Shown here piece after piece: positions 1 to 9,968 of a DNA stretch of 30,098 bases (its first letter is position 1; each line of letters starts with the position of its first letter). Made by a program: the position numbers and the translations under genes. The DNA is from Mycobacteriales bacterium (GTDB lineage Bacteria > Actinomycetota > Actinomycetes > Mycobacteriales > SCTD01). The notes under the pieces were generated by a model. The model was not told where the DNA came from. It was given only the letters and a program-made list of their open reading frames with translations, and searched no databases. Location of the stretch: positions 1 to 30,098 of the forward strand of contig DATMKB010000406.1 of NCBI GenBank assembly GCA_035553635.1, in the 5' to 3' direction.

Positions 1-2
1 CC

Positions 3-926
3 GCACCGCCCCCGCCGGCCCCGCCGCTCGTCCCGCCGGGGGCGGTGCGGCGGCTGCACCTCGACGTCGCGCGGCGGCTCGACGGGCTGCTGCACGGCGA
101 CCACCTCGGCCACCTGCCGGGCCCGGGCACCGAGCCCGACGAGGCCCGGCTCTACGCGCCCGGCGACGACGTGCGGCGCATCGACTGGGCCGTCACCGCC
201 CGGGCCGGCGACGTGCACGTGCGCACGCCGGTCGCCGAGCGCGAGCTCGAGACCACCGTCGTCGTCGACCTCACGCCGTCGATGGCGTTCGGCACCGCCC
301 GGTCGGAGAAGCGCGACGTCGCCGTCGCGGTCGCCACGGCGCTCGGGCACCTCGCCCGCGGGCCGGGCGACCGCGTCGGCGCGGTCGTCCTGTCCGACCG
401 GGTCGACCTCGTCCCGCACCGCCGCGGCAGCGACGCCGCGCTCGCGCTGCTGCAGCGGCTGCAGACGACGCGCCCCGCCGACGGCGCTCCGGCCGCCTCC
501 CTGCGCGAGGGCCTCGCCCGGGCCTCCGGCGTGGCCCGCCGCCGCGGGCTCGTGGTGGTGGTCTCGGACCTCCTCGACGGCGACCCGCCCGGCGAGGAGC
601 CCTCGTGGGCCGCGCCGCTGCGGCGGCTCGGCCTGCGGCACGACCTCGTCGTCGTCGAGGTCGTCGACCCGCGAGAGCTCGCGCTGCCGGCCGTCGGCGT
701 CCTCGAGGTCACCGACCCCGAGACCGGGGCCCGGCTGGAGGTGCAGACCGGCGACCGGCGGCTGCGCGAGCGCTACGCCGCCGCGGCCACCGCGCAGCGG
801 GCCGCGCACGCCCGGGCCGTGCGCCGGGCCGGGGCCACCCACGTCGTCGTCCGCACCGACCGCGACTGGCTGCCCGACCTCGCCCGGGCGCTCGCCGTCC
901 GCCGCCGCACCCGGGGGCGGGGCTGA
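3..926 (+). CDS. DUF58 domain protein of a MoxR AAA+ locus (5'-partial; frame is open to the window edge, first in-window GTG at 45)
   Basis: LDGLLHGDH..PGPG.E....R.Y.PGDDVRRIDWAVTAR and VVVDLTPSMAFG motifs typical of DUF58/Rv1480-like proteins; stop overlaps the next start (TGATG at 924-928). Confidence 0.88.
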   Translation, partial: APPPPAPPLVPPGAVRRLHLDVARRLDGLLHGDHLGHLPGPGTEPDEARLYAPGDDVRRIDWAVTARAGDVHVRTPVAERELETTVVVDLTPSMAFGTARSEKRDVAVAVATALGHLARGPGDRVGAVVLSDRVDLVPHRRGSDAALALLQRLQTTRPADGAPAASLREGLARASGVARRRGLVVVVSDLLDGDPPGEEPSWAAPLRRLGLRHDLVVVEVVDPRELALPAVGVLEVTDPETGARLEVQTGDRRLRERYAAAATAQRAAHARAVRRAGATHVVVRTDRDWLPDLARALAVRRRTRGRG

Positions 927-1891
927 TGCCGGTCTCCCTGCCCAGCGGCTTCCTGGTCCCGTCGCGGCTGTGGCTGCTGGTGGTCGTGGCCGCGCTCGCC
1001 GCCGGCTACGTCGTCGTGCAGCGCCGGCGGCGCGCGTACGCCGTGCGCTTCACCGCGCTGCCGCTGCTGGCGAGCGTCGCGCCGAGACGCCCCGGCTGGC
1101 GGCGGCACGTCCCCGCGGCGCTGCTGCTGCTCTCGCTCGTGGTGCTCACCGGCGCCTTCGCCCGGCCGGAGGCCGACGTGCGCGTGCCCCGCGAGGCCGC
1201 CACGGTGGTGGTCGCGATCGACGTGTCGCTGTCGATGCAGGCCGTCGACGTCGAGCCCGACCGCTTCACCGCGGCCAAGGACGCCGCCTCCGCCTTCGTC
1301 GACGGGCTGCCGGAGGAGTTCGCCGTCGGGCTCGTGAGCTTCAGCGGCGGCGCCGCCATCGCGGTGCCGCCGACGCAGGACCACGAGGAGGTCGTGCGCG
1401 GCATCGAGGAGCTCACCCTCGGGCCCAGCACCGCCATCGGCGAGGCCGTCTACGCCTCGCTCGAGGCGGTGCGGCTCGTGCAGCCGGTCGACGGCGGCCC
1501 CGCCGCGCCGGCCCGCGTCGTGCTGCTCACCGACGGCACCAACACCGTCGGCCGCGACGTCGAGAGCGCCGCCGCCGCGGCCGCCGACGCCGGCGTGCCC
1601 GTGTCGACCATCGCCTTCGGCACGCCGGAGGGCGTCGTCGACGTGCAGGGGCAGCTCGTGCCCGTGCCCGTCGACGCGCTGGCCATGGAGCGCCTCGCGG
1701 AGGCGACCGGCGGGAGCGCCTTCACGGCCCAGAGCGGCGACGAGCTGTCGGCGGTCTACGACGACATCGGCGAGCAGGTGGGCACCACCACCGAGCGCCG
1801 CGAGGTCACCGACGCCGCCACCGGCCTCGGGCTGGGGCTCGTCCTGCTCGCCGCGGCCGCCTCGCTGGCCTGGACGTCGCGCCTGCCGTGA
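926..1891 (+). CDS. vWA domain membrane protein (BatA-like N-terminus, Rv1481-like), 321 aa
   Basis: ATG at 926 overlapping DUF58 stop; two N-terminal hydrophobic helices, MIDAS motif DVSLS...T...LLTDG, C-terminal TM helix. Confidence 0.9.
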   Translation: MPVSLPSGFLVPSRLWLLVVVAALAAGYVVVQRRRRAYAVRFTALPLLASVAPRRPGWRRHVPAALLLLSLVVLTGAFARPEADVRVPREAATVVVAIDVSLSMQAVDVEPDRFTAAKDAASAFVDGLPEEFAVGLVSFSGGAAIAVPPTQDHEEVVRGIEELTLGPSTAIGEAVYASLEAVRLVQPVDGGPAAPARVVLLTDGTNTVGRDVESAAAAAADAGVPVSTIAFGTPEGVVDVQGQLVPVPVDALAMERLAEATGGSAFTAQSGDELSAVYDDIGEQVGTTTERREVTDAATGLGLGLVLLAAAASLAWTSRLP

Positions 1892-1941
1892 GCCCGGGCG
1901 CGACACGCGCCGATCGGCCTCCCGGGGCCCGTCGCCGGACC

Positions 1942-1947
1942 TACGCT
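1942..1947 (+). promoter_or_regulatory. Putative -10 hexamer TACGCT, 6 nt upstream of GTG 1954 (leaderless start)
   Basis: TANNNT match at leaderless spacing; the same geometry recurs at many gene starts in this window. Confidence 0.45.
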
Positions 1948-1953
1948 CCGGCC

Positions 1954-3420
1954 GTGGCCAGGCGGGGGGACGTGCGGGACGAGGAGCTCGAGGGCGAGCT
2001 CCCGGGCGGGCTGTGGTTCACCGACGAGGAGCCCGTGCTGCCGCCGCCCGCGCACCCCGGCGCGCGGCGGCTGCTGTCGGCGCTCGTCGTGCTCGCGCTG
2101 CTGGGCGGCGCCGTCCTGCTGGGCGTGCGCTGGACGGGAGCGTCCGACGTCCGCGACGTGCTGGCGTCCTCCACCCGCACCTACGCCCGGGTGCTCGGCG
2201 CCGTGGGGTCGGCCTCCGACCCGGAGGCCCTCGCCGCCGCCGCAGCGCTGGCGCCCCGCGCGGCCGAGCGGCTCGCGGCCGACCTCGGCCGGCTCCGGCC
2301 CGACGGCGGCGAGCGCCGGGCCGCCGTGGCGGCGCAGGTCGAGGCCGAGCGCGGCGTGCTGGCGGCGCTCGCACCGCTCGAGCGGCTGGCCGACGGCCCG
2401 CTGGAGGTGTGGGGGCGCGCGCACGCCGGCCTGACCGCGACGGTCGAGGCGGAGGCGCGCAGCCGGTCCCGGCTCGGCGCCGTCGACCCCGCTGCTGCCG
2501 GTCGCCTGCCCGACACCCCGGCCGCCGTCCGCCGCGCCGCCGCGACCGTGGGCAGCGCGCTCGTCGACGACGTGCAGCAGGCCGCGGCCGCGCTGCTCGA
2601 CGCCCTGCAGGGCGCCCGCACCACCGCCGACCTGCGCGCCGCCGGCGACGGGGCGGCAGCCCAGCGCGACGCCGCCGCCGCGGCGCAGGACGGCCTGGGC
2701 GGCGACGCCGGGGTGCTCGCCGCCTTCACCGCGGCCCTCGACGCCGCCACCGGGCTGCGCGAGGTGACGCCGGCCGAGACCTCCGGCTGGCCCGCGCTGC
2801 GCGGCCGGCTGAGCGAGCAGCTGCGCACCGTGGCCGACGCCGACGACTCGCTGGCCGCCGGCTCCGTGCGCGCCCGGCTGCCGCTCGTGCTGGCCGCCGT
2901 CGACCGGGTGGTGGCGGCGGCGGCCGACGCGCACGCCGAGTGGCAGCCCCGCTACGACGCCGCCGTCGCCGCGCAGGCGGCCGACCGGGCCGCGCTGCAG
3001 CGCTACGCCGACGCCGTCCGCTCCCTCGGCGAGGACCAGGAGGCCCTGCGGGCGGCGGCGGCGGCGCTGCGGGCGCGCGGCGGCACCGCCGACGACGTCC
3101 TGCGCGAGGCCGACCGGCTGGCGGCCGACGGCGAGCGGCTGCTGGCGGTGCTGCGCACGGCGGCCGTCCCGGCCGGCGTCGAGGACGCGCACGCCGGGCT
3201 GGTGGCCGCGCTCGAGCGCGTCGCGGGGCCGCCCGTGCGCGCCTTCGAGGAGCTCCGCACGCAGGTCTGCCCGGGCTGCCCCGCCTCCGACGCGCCGTCG
3301 TGGTCGCAGCTCGGCGCCGCCGACCCGTGGCCCACCGCGGTCGCGGCCTGGGAGCCCGCGCTGGCCGAGGCCGACGCCGCCGTGGCCGCCCGGGCGCTGC
3401 CGCCGCCTCCGGACGCCTGA
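1954..3420 (+). CDS. Hypothetical membrane-anchored Ala-rich helical protein, about 488 aa (alternative GTG at 1972)
   Basis: 3' part of ORF 970..3420 with GC-rich third positions; acidic N-terminus, one TM helix ([21 protein letters not shown]), long helical region, C-terminal CPGC motif. Confidence 0.7.
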   Translation: MARRGDVRDEELEGELPGGLWFTDEEPVLPPPAHPGARRLLSALVVLALLGGAVLLGVRWTGASDVRDVLASSTRTYARVLGAVGSASDPEALAAAAALAPRAAERLAADLGRLRPDGGERRAAVAAQVEAERGVLAALAPLERLADGPLEVWGRAHAGLTATVEAEARSRSRLGAVDPAAAGRLPDTPAAVRRAAATVGSALVDDVQQAAAALLDALQGARTTADLRAAGDGAAAQRDAAAAAQDGLGGDAGVLAAFTAALDAATGLREVTPAETSGWPALRGRLSEQLRTVADADDSLAAGSVRARLPLVLAAVDRVVAAAADAHAEWQPRYDAAVAAQAADRAALQRYADAVRSLGEDQEALRAAAAALRARGGTADDVLREADRLAADGERLLAVLRTAAVPAGVEDAHAGLVAALERVAGPPVRAFEELRTQVCPGCPASDAPSWSQLGAADPWPTAVAAWEPALAEADAAVAARALPPPPDA

Positions 3421-3439
3421 GCGCGTAGCGTCGCCGCCC

Positions 3440-4237
3440 GTGACGGACGACCCCGCTGCTCTCGCCCGCTCCGCCGCCGACCGGCTCGCCTCGCTGACCG
3501 GCGCCGACCGCCACGACGTCGCCGTCGTGCTCGGGTCGGGGTGGGTGCCCGCCGCCGACGCCCTGGGGGAGCCCGAGGCCGAGGGCACGGTCGCCGACCT
3601 GCCGGGCTTCCTGCCGCCCGCGGTCGCCGGGCACGCCGGCCGGTGGCGCTCGGTGCAGGTGGGCGGCTCCCGCGTGCTCGTGCTCCTCGGCCGCACGCAC
3701 CTCTACGAGGGCCGCGGCACCGATCCGGTGGTGCACGGTGTCCGCACCGCCGCGGCGGCCGGCTGCCGCACGGTGGTGCTCACCAACGCGGCCGGCGGCC
3801 TGCGCGACGGCATGCAGGTCGGCCAGGCGGTGCTCCTCGCCGACCACCTCAACCTCACCGCCCGCTCGCCGCTCGTCGGGCCGCGCTTCGTCGACCTCAC
3901 CGACCTGTACAGCGCGCGGCTGCGCGCGCTCGCCCGCGACGTCGACCCCTCGCTCGCCGACGGCGTCTACGCCGCGCTGCCCGGTCCGCACTACGAGACG
4001 CCGGCCGAGGTCCGGATGCTGCGCGCGCTCGGCGCCGACCTCGTCGGCATGTCGACAGTGCTCGAGGCCGTGGCCGCCCGGGCCGAGGGCCTCGAGGTCC
4101 TCGGCGTCTCGCTCGTCACCAACCTGGCCGCGGGCATCACCGGCGCGCCGCTCGACCACGCCGAGGTGCTCGAGGCCGGAGCGGCCTCGGCCGCCCGGGT
4201 CGGCGGGGTGCTCGCCGCGGTGCTGGCCCGGCTGTGA
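3440..4237 (+). CDS. punA: Purine-nucleoside phosphorylase (trimeric, family 2)
   Basis: [46 protein letters not shown] motifs. Confidence 0.93.
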   Translation: MTDDPAALARSAADRLASLTGADRHDVAVVLGSGWVPAADALGEPEAEGTVADLPGFLPPAVAGHAGRWRSVQVGGSRVLVLLGRTHLYEGRGTDPVVHGVRTAAAAGCRTVVLTNAAGGLRDGMQVGQAVLLADHLNLTARSPLVGPRFVDLTDLYSARLRALARDVDPSLADGVYAALPGPHYETPAEVRMLRALGADLVGMSTVLEAVAARAEGLEVLGVSLVTNLAAGITGAPLDHAEVLEAGAASAARVGGVLAAVLARL

Positions 4238-5775
4238 GGTTCGAGGCGGAGGCCCGCGCCTGGGCGGCGGACGACCCCGACCCGGCCACCCGCGCCGAGG
4301 TGGAGGCGCTCCTGGCCGCCGGCGACGAGGGGGGCCTGGCCGCGCGCTTCGACGGCCGGCTCGTCTTCGGCACCGCCGGCCTGCGCGGGCCCGAGCGCGC
4401 CGGCCCGACCGGCATGAACCGGGCGGTGGTGCGGCGGGCCGCGGCCGGGCTCGCCGCGCACCTCGGCCCGGGCGCCACCGTCGTCGTCGGGCGCGACGCC
4501 CGGCACGGGTCGGAGGCGTTCGCGGTCGACACCTGCGCCGTGCTCGCCGGCGCCGGGCTGCGGGCCCGGCTGCTGCCGCGCGTCCTGCCGACGCCGGTGC
4601 TCGCCCATGCGGTCCTGCACCTCGGCGCCGACGCCGGCGTCATGGTCACGGCGAGCCACAACCCGCCGCAGGACAACGGCTACAAGGTCTACCTCGCCGA
4701 CGGCGCGCAGGTGGTCGCGCCGGTCGACGCGCAGGTCGAGGAGCGCATCGCGGCGGTCGGGCCCGTGCTCGCGATCCCGCTGTCGGACGACTGGGAGGTG
4801 CTCGGCGAGGAGGTCGTCGACTCCTACCTCGACGCCGTCGCCGCCCTGCCGCTGACGCCGCACCGCGACGTGCGGGTCGCCTACACGCCGATGCACGGCG
4901 TCGGGGGAGCGGTGCTGCTCGAGGCCTTCCGGCGCGCCGGCTTCGCGCCGCCTGCCGTCGTCGCCGCCCAGGCCGAGCCCGACCCCGACTTCCCGACCGT
5001 CTCGTTCCCCAACCCGGAGGAGCCCGGGGCGATGGACCGGCTGCTCGCGCTGGCCGACGAGACCGGCGCCGACGTCGCGATCGCGAGCGACCCGGACGCC
5101 GACCGCGTCGCCGTCGCGGTCGGCGGGCGGCCGCTGCGCGGCGACGAGACCGGCCTGCTGCTCGCCGACCACCTGCTGTCGCACGGCCGGCTCGGGCGGG
5201 TGGCCACCACGGTCGTGAGCGCGTCGGCGCTGCGCGTGCTCGCCGCGTCCTACGGCGTCCCGTTCAGCGAGACGCTCACCGGGTTCAAGCACCTCGCCCG
5301 CGCGGGGGAGGGCCTCGTCTACGGCTACGAGGAGGCGCTCGGCGTCATGGTCGCGCCCGACGTCGTGCGCGACAAGGACGGCGTCAGCGCGGCGCTGCTC
5401 GTCGCCGACCTCGCGGCCGAGGAGCGGGCCCGCGGGCGCACGCTGCTCGACCGGCTCGCCGACCTCGAGGCGCGGCACGGCCGGCACGAGACCCGGCAGC
5501 TGTCGTACCGCGTCGACGACCTGTCCCTCATCACCGCGGCGGTCGAGCGGCTGCTCGCGGACCCGCCGGAGGCCTACGGGCGGTTCGCCGTCACCGCGGT
5601 CGAGCAGCCGGCGCCGGACGTGCTCGTGCACCGGCTCCAGGGCGGTCGCGTGGTGGTGCGGCCGAGCGGCACGGAGCCCAAGCTCAAGGCCTACCTCGAG
5701 CTCGTCGACCCCGCGCCCGGGGCGGTGGACGCCCTCGTCGCCGCCGTCGACGCCCGGCTCGGCCTGCCCCGGTAG
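4234..5775 (+). CDS. Alpha-D-phosphohexomutase family phospho-sugar mutase (PmmB/PGM2-like; probably phosphopentomutase), 513 aa
   Basis: GTGA overlap with punA stop; FGTAGLRG, catalytic TASHNP, metal-binding [20 protein letters not shown]. Confidence 0.92.
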   Translation: MRFEAEARAWAADDPDPATRAEVEALLAAGDEGGLAARFDGRLVFGTAGLRGPERAGPTGMNRAVVRRAAAGLAAHLGPGATVVVGRDARHGSEAFAVDTCAVLAGAGLRARLLPRVLPTPVLAHAVLHLGADAGVMVTASHNPPQDNGYKVYLADGAQVVAPVDAQVEERIAAVGPVLAIPLSDDWEVLGEEVVDSYLDAVAALPLTPHRDVRVAYTPMHGVGGAVLLEAFRRAGFAPPAVVAAQAEPDPDFPTVSFPNPEEPGAMDRLLALADETGADVAIASDPDADRVAVAVGGRPLRGDETGLLLADHLLSHGRLGRVATTVVSASALRVLAASYGVPFSETLTGFKHLARAGEGLVYGYEEALGVMVAPDVVRDKDGVSAALLVADLAAEERARGRTLLDRLADLEARHGRHETRQLSYRVDDLSLITAAVERLLADPPEAYGRFAVTAVEQPAPDVLVHRLQGGRVVVRPSGTEPKLKAYLELVDPAPGAVDALVAAVDARLGLPR

Positions 5776-5778
5776 CGT
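5773..5778 (+). promoter_or_regulatory. Putative -10 hexamer TAGCGT overlapping the mutase stop codon, 7 nt before deoC GTG
   Basis: TAGCGT-cgcgggc-GTG; no Shine-Dalgarno visible. Confidence 0.45.
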
Positions 5779-5785
5779 CGCGGGC

Positions 5786-6436
5786 GTGACCCTGACGCGC
5801 GCGCAGCTGGCCTCCCGCATCGACCACACGCTGCTCAAGCCGGAGGCCACCGACGCCCAGGTCGCCGCCCTGTGCGCGGAGGCCGAGGAGCTGGGCACCT
5901 ACTCGGTCTGCGTCTCGCCCGCACGGCTGCCGCTGCGCCCCCTGCACGGCGTCGTGGTCTGCACCGTGGTCGGCTTCCCGAGCGGCGCCGTGCGCCCGGA
6001 GGTCAAGGCCGCCGAGGCCGCGCAGGCCGCCCGCGACGGCGCCCGCGAGGTCGACATGGTGGTGGACCTCGGCCGGGTCAAGGCCGGCGACTGGGACGCC
6101 GTCGAGGCGGACGTGCGGGGCGTCGTCGAGGCGAGCGGCGTGCTCGTCAAGGTGATCCTGGAGAGCGCGGCGCTGACCCGGGCGGAGCTCGTCGAGGCCT
6201 GCCGCGCCAGCGAGCGCGGCGGTGCGCAGTACGTGAAGACCTCCACCGGCTTCCACCCGGCGGGCGGCGCGTCCGTCGAGGCGGTGCGCGTCATGGCCGA
6301 GACGGTCGGCGGGCGCCTCGGCGTCAAGGCGAGCGGCGGCATCCGCGACACGGCGACGGCGCTCGCGGTGCTCGACGCGGGCGCGACGCGGCTGGGCCTG
6401 TCCGGCACCCGCGCGGTGCTGGACGGCCTCTCCTAG
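5786..6436 (+). CDS. deoC: Deoxyribose-phosphate aldolase
   Basis: [36 protein letters not shown] motifs. Confidence 0.95.
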   Translation: MTLTRAQLASRIDHTLLKPEATDAQVAALCAEAEELGTYSVCVSPARLPLRPLHGVVVCTVVGFPSGAVRPEVKAAEAAQAARDGAREVDMVVDLGRVKAGDWDAVEADVRGVVEASGVLVKVILESAALTRAELVEACRASERGGAQYVKTSTGFHPAGGASVEAVRVMAETVGGRLGVKASGGIRDTATALAVLDAGATRLGLSGTRAVLDGLS

Positions 6437-7485
6437 AGCTGCAGCACGTTCCCGTCGCGCGGGGCGCTGCGGCCGCCGAGCACCTCCCGCCACACCCGCG
6501 CGAGGTCGCCGGGACCGTGCCCGACGACGACGTCGACCCAGCCCTCGACCACCGGGGCGAAGGAACGCCAGGCCTGCGCGAACCGGTCGTCGAGGCCCTC
6601 GCGACCCCAGTCCTGCGTCCGCTGGCGCATGCGGTCGGGGGCGAAGAAGACCTGCGGCCGCGCCCCGTGCAGCGTGCCCGCGCGCTCGCCGTCCTGGTGG
6701 GTCACGCCCACGACGAGGTCCAGCTCCAGCGACGTGCGCAGGTGGTCGTGCAGCGCCTGCCGCACCGCGGCGCTGCCGGCGACGTCGACGTAGCCCGTGG
6801 GCTCCTGCCGGAGCTCGGCGACGGCGTCGTAGGGGAGCACCTCGTCGTACACGCCGAGCGACCGCGTGAAGTCCAGGTTCGACGGCGACGTCAGCCCCAC
6901 GAGCCGCCGCTGCCCGCGCAGCAGGAACGCGGCGCCGTACGCGGTCTTGCTCGACGCGCTCGACAGCACCACCACCGGCGGCGCGGTGTCGGCGAGCTGG
7001 TCGGCCAGCACGAACGACGTGAAGAACAGCGGGCGGAACAGCACCTGCAGGTCCTCGCGGTCCGGTTCGTACGCCGGGTCGCCGGTCGTCGTGGCGTAGG
7101 CGTTGTACGGCGACGGGAGCGTGCTCCGGTGGTCGCTCGCGTCGCGGAAGCCGCGCGCGTCGGGCCGCGCCGGACGGACGACGAGGTGGCTCGCCGTGGG
7201 CAGGTAGCCGTAGACGCGGGTCCCCTCGTCGACGCCGTCGGCCCGCGAGGCGACCACCTCGGCGAATCCCCACAGCGGCACCGTGCCGCGGCCCGCGGGC
7301 GCGGGGAAGAAGTCCCAGTACCGGAAGGACTCGCCGAGCACCGCGTAGGTGACGTTGTTCGCGGTGACGCCGACGCGGTCGACGCGCAGCACCGCCTCGC
7401 CGTCCGCCGGCTGCGGCACCGGCACGTCGACGACGTCGGTGGCGGCGAGGTCGTCCCGCGCGACGGTCAGGTGCCAGCCGCTCAC
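6433..7485 (-). CDS. DUF2855 family protein, 350 aa
   Basis: TANNVTYA...YWDFFP...[18 protein letters not shown] motifs; GTGA overlap with the upstream small gene at 7482-7485. Confidence 0.8.
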   Translation of the reverse strand: MSGWHLTVARDDLAATDVVDVPVPQPADGEAVLRVDRVGVTANNVTYAVLGESFRYWDFFPAPAGRGTVPLWGFAEVVASRADGVDEGTRVYGYLPTASHLVVRPARPDARGFRDASDHRSTLPSPYNAYATTTGDPAYEPDREDLQVLFRPLFFTSFVLADQLADTAPPVVVLSSASSKTAYGAAFLLRGQRRLVGLTSPSNLDFTRSLGVYDEVLPYDAVAELRQEPTGYVDVAGSAAVRQALHDHLRTSLELDLVVGVTHQDGERAGTLHGARPQVFFAPDRMRQRTQDWGREGLDDRFAQAWRSFAPVVEGWVDVVVGHGPGDLARVWREVLGGRSAPRDGNVLQL

Positions 7486-7691
7486 CCGAGCGGCCGCTCG
7501 AGGGTGACGAGCAGGCCCTCCGACGAGCCCGGGCCGAGGCGGCCCTTCACGTCGGCCGCGGTGACGGCCTTGACCTGCCAGCCCTCGCGGGCGTGCTCGT
7601 TGAGCACCTTCTCCAGCTTGCCGGGCGAGATCTTGTCGCCGATGAGGCCCTCGCGGACCTGGACCACCTTGTACTCGTAGCGCGCCGCCAT
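7482..7691 (-). CDS. DUF4177 family small protein, 69 aa
   Basis: YEYKVV...LEKVLNEHAREGWQV...LLVTLERP pattern; ATG preceded by CACGCT + 6 nt (7703-7698). Confidence 0.8.
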   Translation of the reverse strand: MAARYEYKVVQVREGLIGDKISPGKLEKVLNEHAREGWQVKAVTAADVKGRLGPGSSEGLLVTLERPLG

Positions 7692-7709
7692 GGGCGGAGC
7701 GTGCCACGC

Positions 7710-8369
7710 TCAGCCGCCCGGGCGCACCAGCCCCGACTCGTACGCGAGCACCACGGCCTGCACGCGGTCGCGCAGGCCGAGCTTCGCGAGGGTGTTGCTC
7801 ACGTGCGTCTTCACCGTCGTCTCGGACAGCACGAGCTCGGCGGCGATCTCGGCGTTGGACATGCCGCGGGCCACCAGCAGCAGCACCTCGCGCTCGCGCT
7901 CGGTGAGCTCGGGCAGCGAGGCGGTGCGGCCGGGAGCGGCGCTGGGCAGCGACGAGGCGAACCGGTCGAGCAGCCGGCGCGTGACGCGCGGCGCGACGAC
8001 GGCGTCACCGCGGTGCACCAGGCGCACCGCCTCGACGAGGTCGTCAGCGGGGACGTCCTTGAGCAGGAAGCCCGACGCGCCGGCCCGCAGCGCCTCGACG
8101 ACGTGCTCGTCGAGGTCGAAGGTGGTGAGCACGAGCACCCGGGGCGGGTCGGGCAGGGCGGTGATGCGCCGGGTCGCCTCGATGCCGTCCATGACCGGCA
8201 TGCGCACGTCCATGAGCACGACGTCGGGGCGCAGCGCCTGCACCTGGCGGACGGCGACGGCGCCGTCGGCCGCCTCGCCCACCACCTGCAGGTCGTCCTC
8301 GGACTCGAGGATGAGGCGGAAGCCGGTGAGCAGCAGCGGCTGGTCGTCGACCAGCAGCACGCGCGTCAC
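7710..8369 (-). CDS. NarL/LuxR-family response regulator, 219 aa
   Basis: VLLVDD, DVVLMDVRMP phospho-acceptor, FLLKD, LTEREREVL...GMSNAEIA...TVKTHV HTH; GTGA overlap with kinase stop. Confidence 0.95.
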   Translation of the reverse strand: MTRVLLVDDQPLLLTGFRLILESEDDLQVVGEAADGAVAVRQVQALRPDVVLMDVRMPVMDGIEATRRITALPDPPRVLVLTTFDLDEHVVEALRAGASGFLLKDVPADDLVEAVRLVHRGDAVVAPRVTRRLLDRFASSLPSAAPGRTASLPELTEREREVLLLVARGMSNAEIAAELVLSETTVKTHVSNTLAKLGLRDRVQAVVLAYESGLVRPGG

Positions 8370-9538
8370 GCCGGCACCCGCACCGGGAGCACCGCCGTGA
8401 GCGCGAAGCCGCCACCGGTGCGCGGTCCGGCCGACATCCGCCCGCCGTAGGCGCCGGTGCGCTCCTCGAGCAGGCGCAGGCCGCGGCCCGTGCCGCCGGC
8501 CGGCACCGCCGCCCCGCGGCCGTCGTCCTCGACCCGGATGTCGAGCGCCTCGCCCGTCCACGACAGCCGCACGTGCACCCGCGCCGGGCCGGCGTGCTTG
8601 AGCGCGTTCGTCAGCGACTCCTGCACGATCCGGTACGCGGCGAGGTCGACGCCGGCGTCGAGCGGCACCGGGTCGCCGACCTGCTCGAGCACCACGTCGA
8701 GGCCGGCGTCGCGCACGCGGGCGACGAGCGCCCCGAGGTCGGCGGTGCCGGGCTGCGGCGCGAGGTCGGCCGGGTCGTCGGCGTCGGCCCGCAGGACGCC
8801 GAGGACGCGGCGAAGCTCGTCGAGCGCGGCGCGGCCGGCGCCCTGCACGGCGTCCAGCGCCTGCTCCGCGGCGTCGGGGTCGCGGCGCACGAGCCGCCGC
8901 GCGGCGGTGGCCTGCACCGTCATCGCCGTGAGGCTGTGCGCGACGACGTCGTGCATCTCGCGCGCGATGCGGCTGCGCTCCTGCGCCATCGCCGCCCGCA
9001 GCTCCGACTCGCGCGCCGCCTCCATCGCGCGGTTGCGCTCGGTGAGGCTGGCGACGTTCGCCCGGTGCGTGCGGACGGCGCGGCCCACGGCCCAGCCCGT
9101 GGTGAGGACGAACGTGTTCCCGAACCAGTCCGCGAGCGCCACCTCGACCGGCGCCGTCAGCATGATGCCGACCACGCCGAGCCAGGCCCCGACGGCGCAC
9201 GCAACGCTCGTGCGCAGCCGCTCGCGCGAGGCGACGGTGTAGAGCACGAGGAGCGCCGCGACGCCGCCGAGCGCCTGCGGGTAGTCGAGCGCGAAGACCG
9301 TCAGCGAGGCGGTGATCGAGACGAGGAAGGCCGGCACCGGCACGCGGCTGCGCACGGCCACGGCCGCGTTCGCGAGCACGGTCAGGGCGACGCCGAGCGC
9401 GTCCGGCTCGCGGAAGTCGTAGGTGACGAAGTCGGGCGGGTCGAACATCGACGACAGCGACAGCGCCGCCAGCAGCGCCGCCACGAGGGCGTCGACGACG
9501 ACGGCGTGCCGCTGCACCAGCTCGCGCGCCCGGACCAC
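8366..9538 (-). CDS. Membrane sensor histidine kinase (HisKA_3 + HATPase_c), 390 aa
   Basis: Several N-terminal TM helices; H-box ERSRIAREMHDVVAHSL; N-box QESLTNALKHA; G1 VEDDGRG; GTG 9538 lies 6 nt after TACGGT (9550-9545). Confidence 0.92.
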   Translation of the reverse strand: MVRARELVQRHAVVVDALVAALLAALSLSSMFDPPDFVTYDFREPDALGVALTVLANAAVAVRSRVPVPAFLVSITASLTVFALDYPQALGGVAALLVLYTVASRERLRTSVACAVGAWLGVVGIMLTAPVEVALADWFGNTFVLTTGWAVGRAVRTHRANVASLTERNRAMEAARESELRAAMAQERSRIAREMHDVVAHSLTAMTVQATAARRLVRRDPDAAEQALDAVQGAGRAALDELRRVLGVLRADADDPADLAPQPGTADLGALVARVRDAGLDVVLEQVGDPVPLDAGVDLAAYRIVQESLTNALKHAGPARVHVRLSWTGEALDIRVEDDGRGAAVPAGGTGRGLRLLEERTGAYGGRMSAGPRTGGGFALTAVLPVRVPA

Positions 9539-9628
9539 GTGCCCACCGTAGGTGCGCCCGGGCGGCCGCCCCTCCTCCTCGAGGACGAACCGGCCCTCGT
9601 GCGCGCGGACCAGTGGCAGGCTGGGGGC

Positions 9629-9964
9629 GTGGGGGAGCAGCACGCGCAGGTGCCGCAGCAGCGGCCGGCCGACGACGTCGTCGCCGAGGCGGCGGCGCAG
9701 CACGAGCGGGCGCAGCTGGCCCGCGACCTGCACGGCTCGGTGGCGGCGGCGCTCGTCGCGCTGCACCAGCGCGCCCAGCTCGTCGACCGCGCGCTCGCGC
9801 AGGGCGACGACGACCTGCTCCGCCGCGCCGCGGCCGACCTGCGGCCGCTCACCGAGCAGGCGCTCGAGGAGCTGCGCCGGCTGGTCGCCGAGCGCCGCCC
9901 GGGCTCCGACGGCGCGACGGGCAGGGGCACCCGCGTCGACGTGCGGGTGCCCCTGCCCGGCTGA
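9629..9964 (+). CDS. Small HisKA_3-like protein lacking the ATP-binding domain, about 111 aa (alternative GTG 9599/9650)
   Basis: ERAQLARDLHGSVAAAL and EQALEELRRLV resemble the DHp helices of NarL-type kinases; GC-rich third positions; CAGGCT + 6 nt + GTG at 9617-9631; fills the gap between kinase start and permease stop. Confidence 0.65.
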   Translation: MGEQHAQVPQQRPADDVVAEAAAQHERAQLARDLHGSVAAALVALHQRAQLVDRALAQGDDDLLRRAAADLRPLTEQALEELRRLVAERRPGSDGATGRGTRVDVRVPLPG

Positions 9965-9968
9965 GCGG

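Noticed and set aside
6433-6436. Convergent genes sharing a CTAG palindrome as both stop codons (also 27738-27741)
   Set aside because: Common compact arrangement of convergent TAG stops; no further signal.
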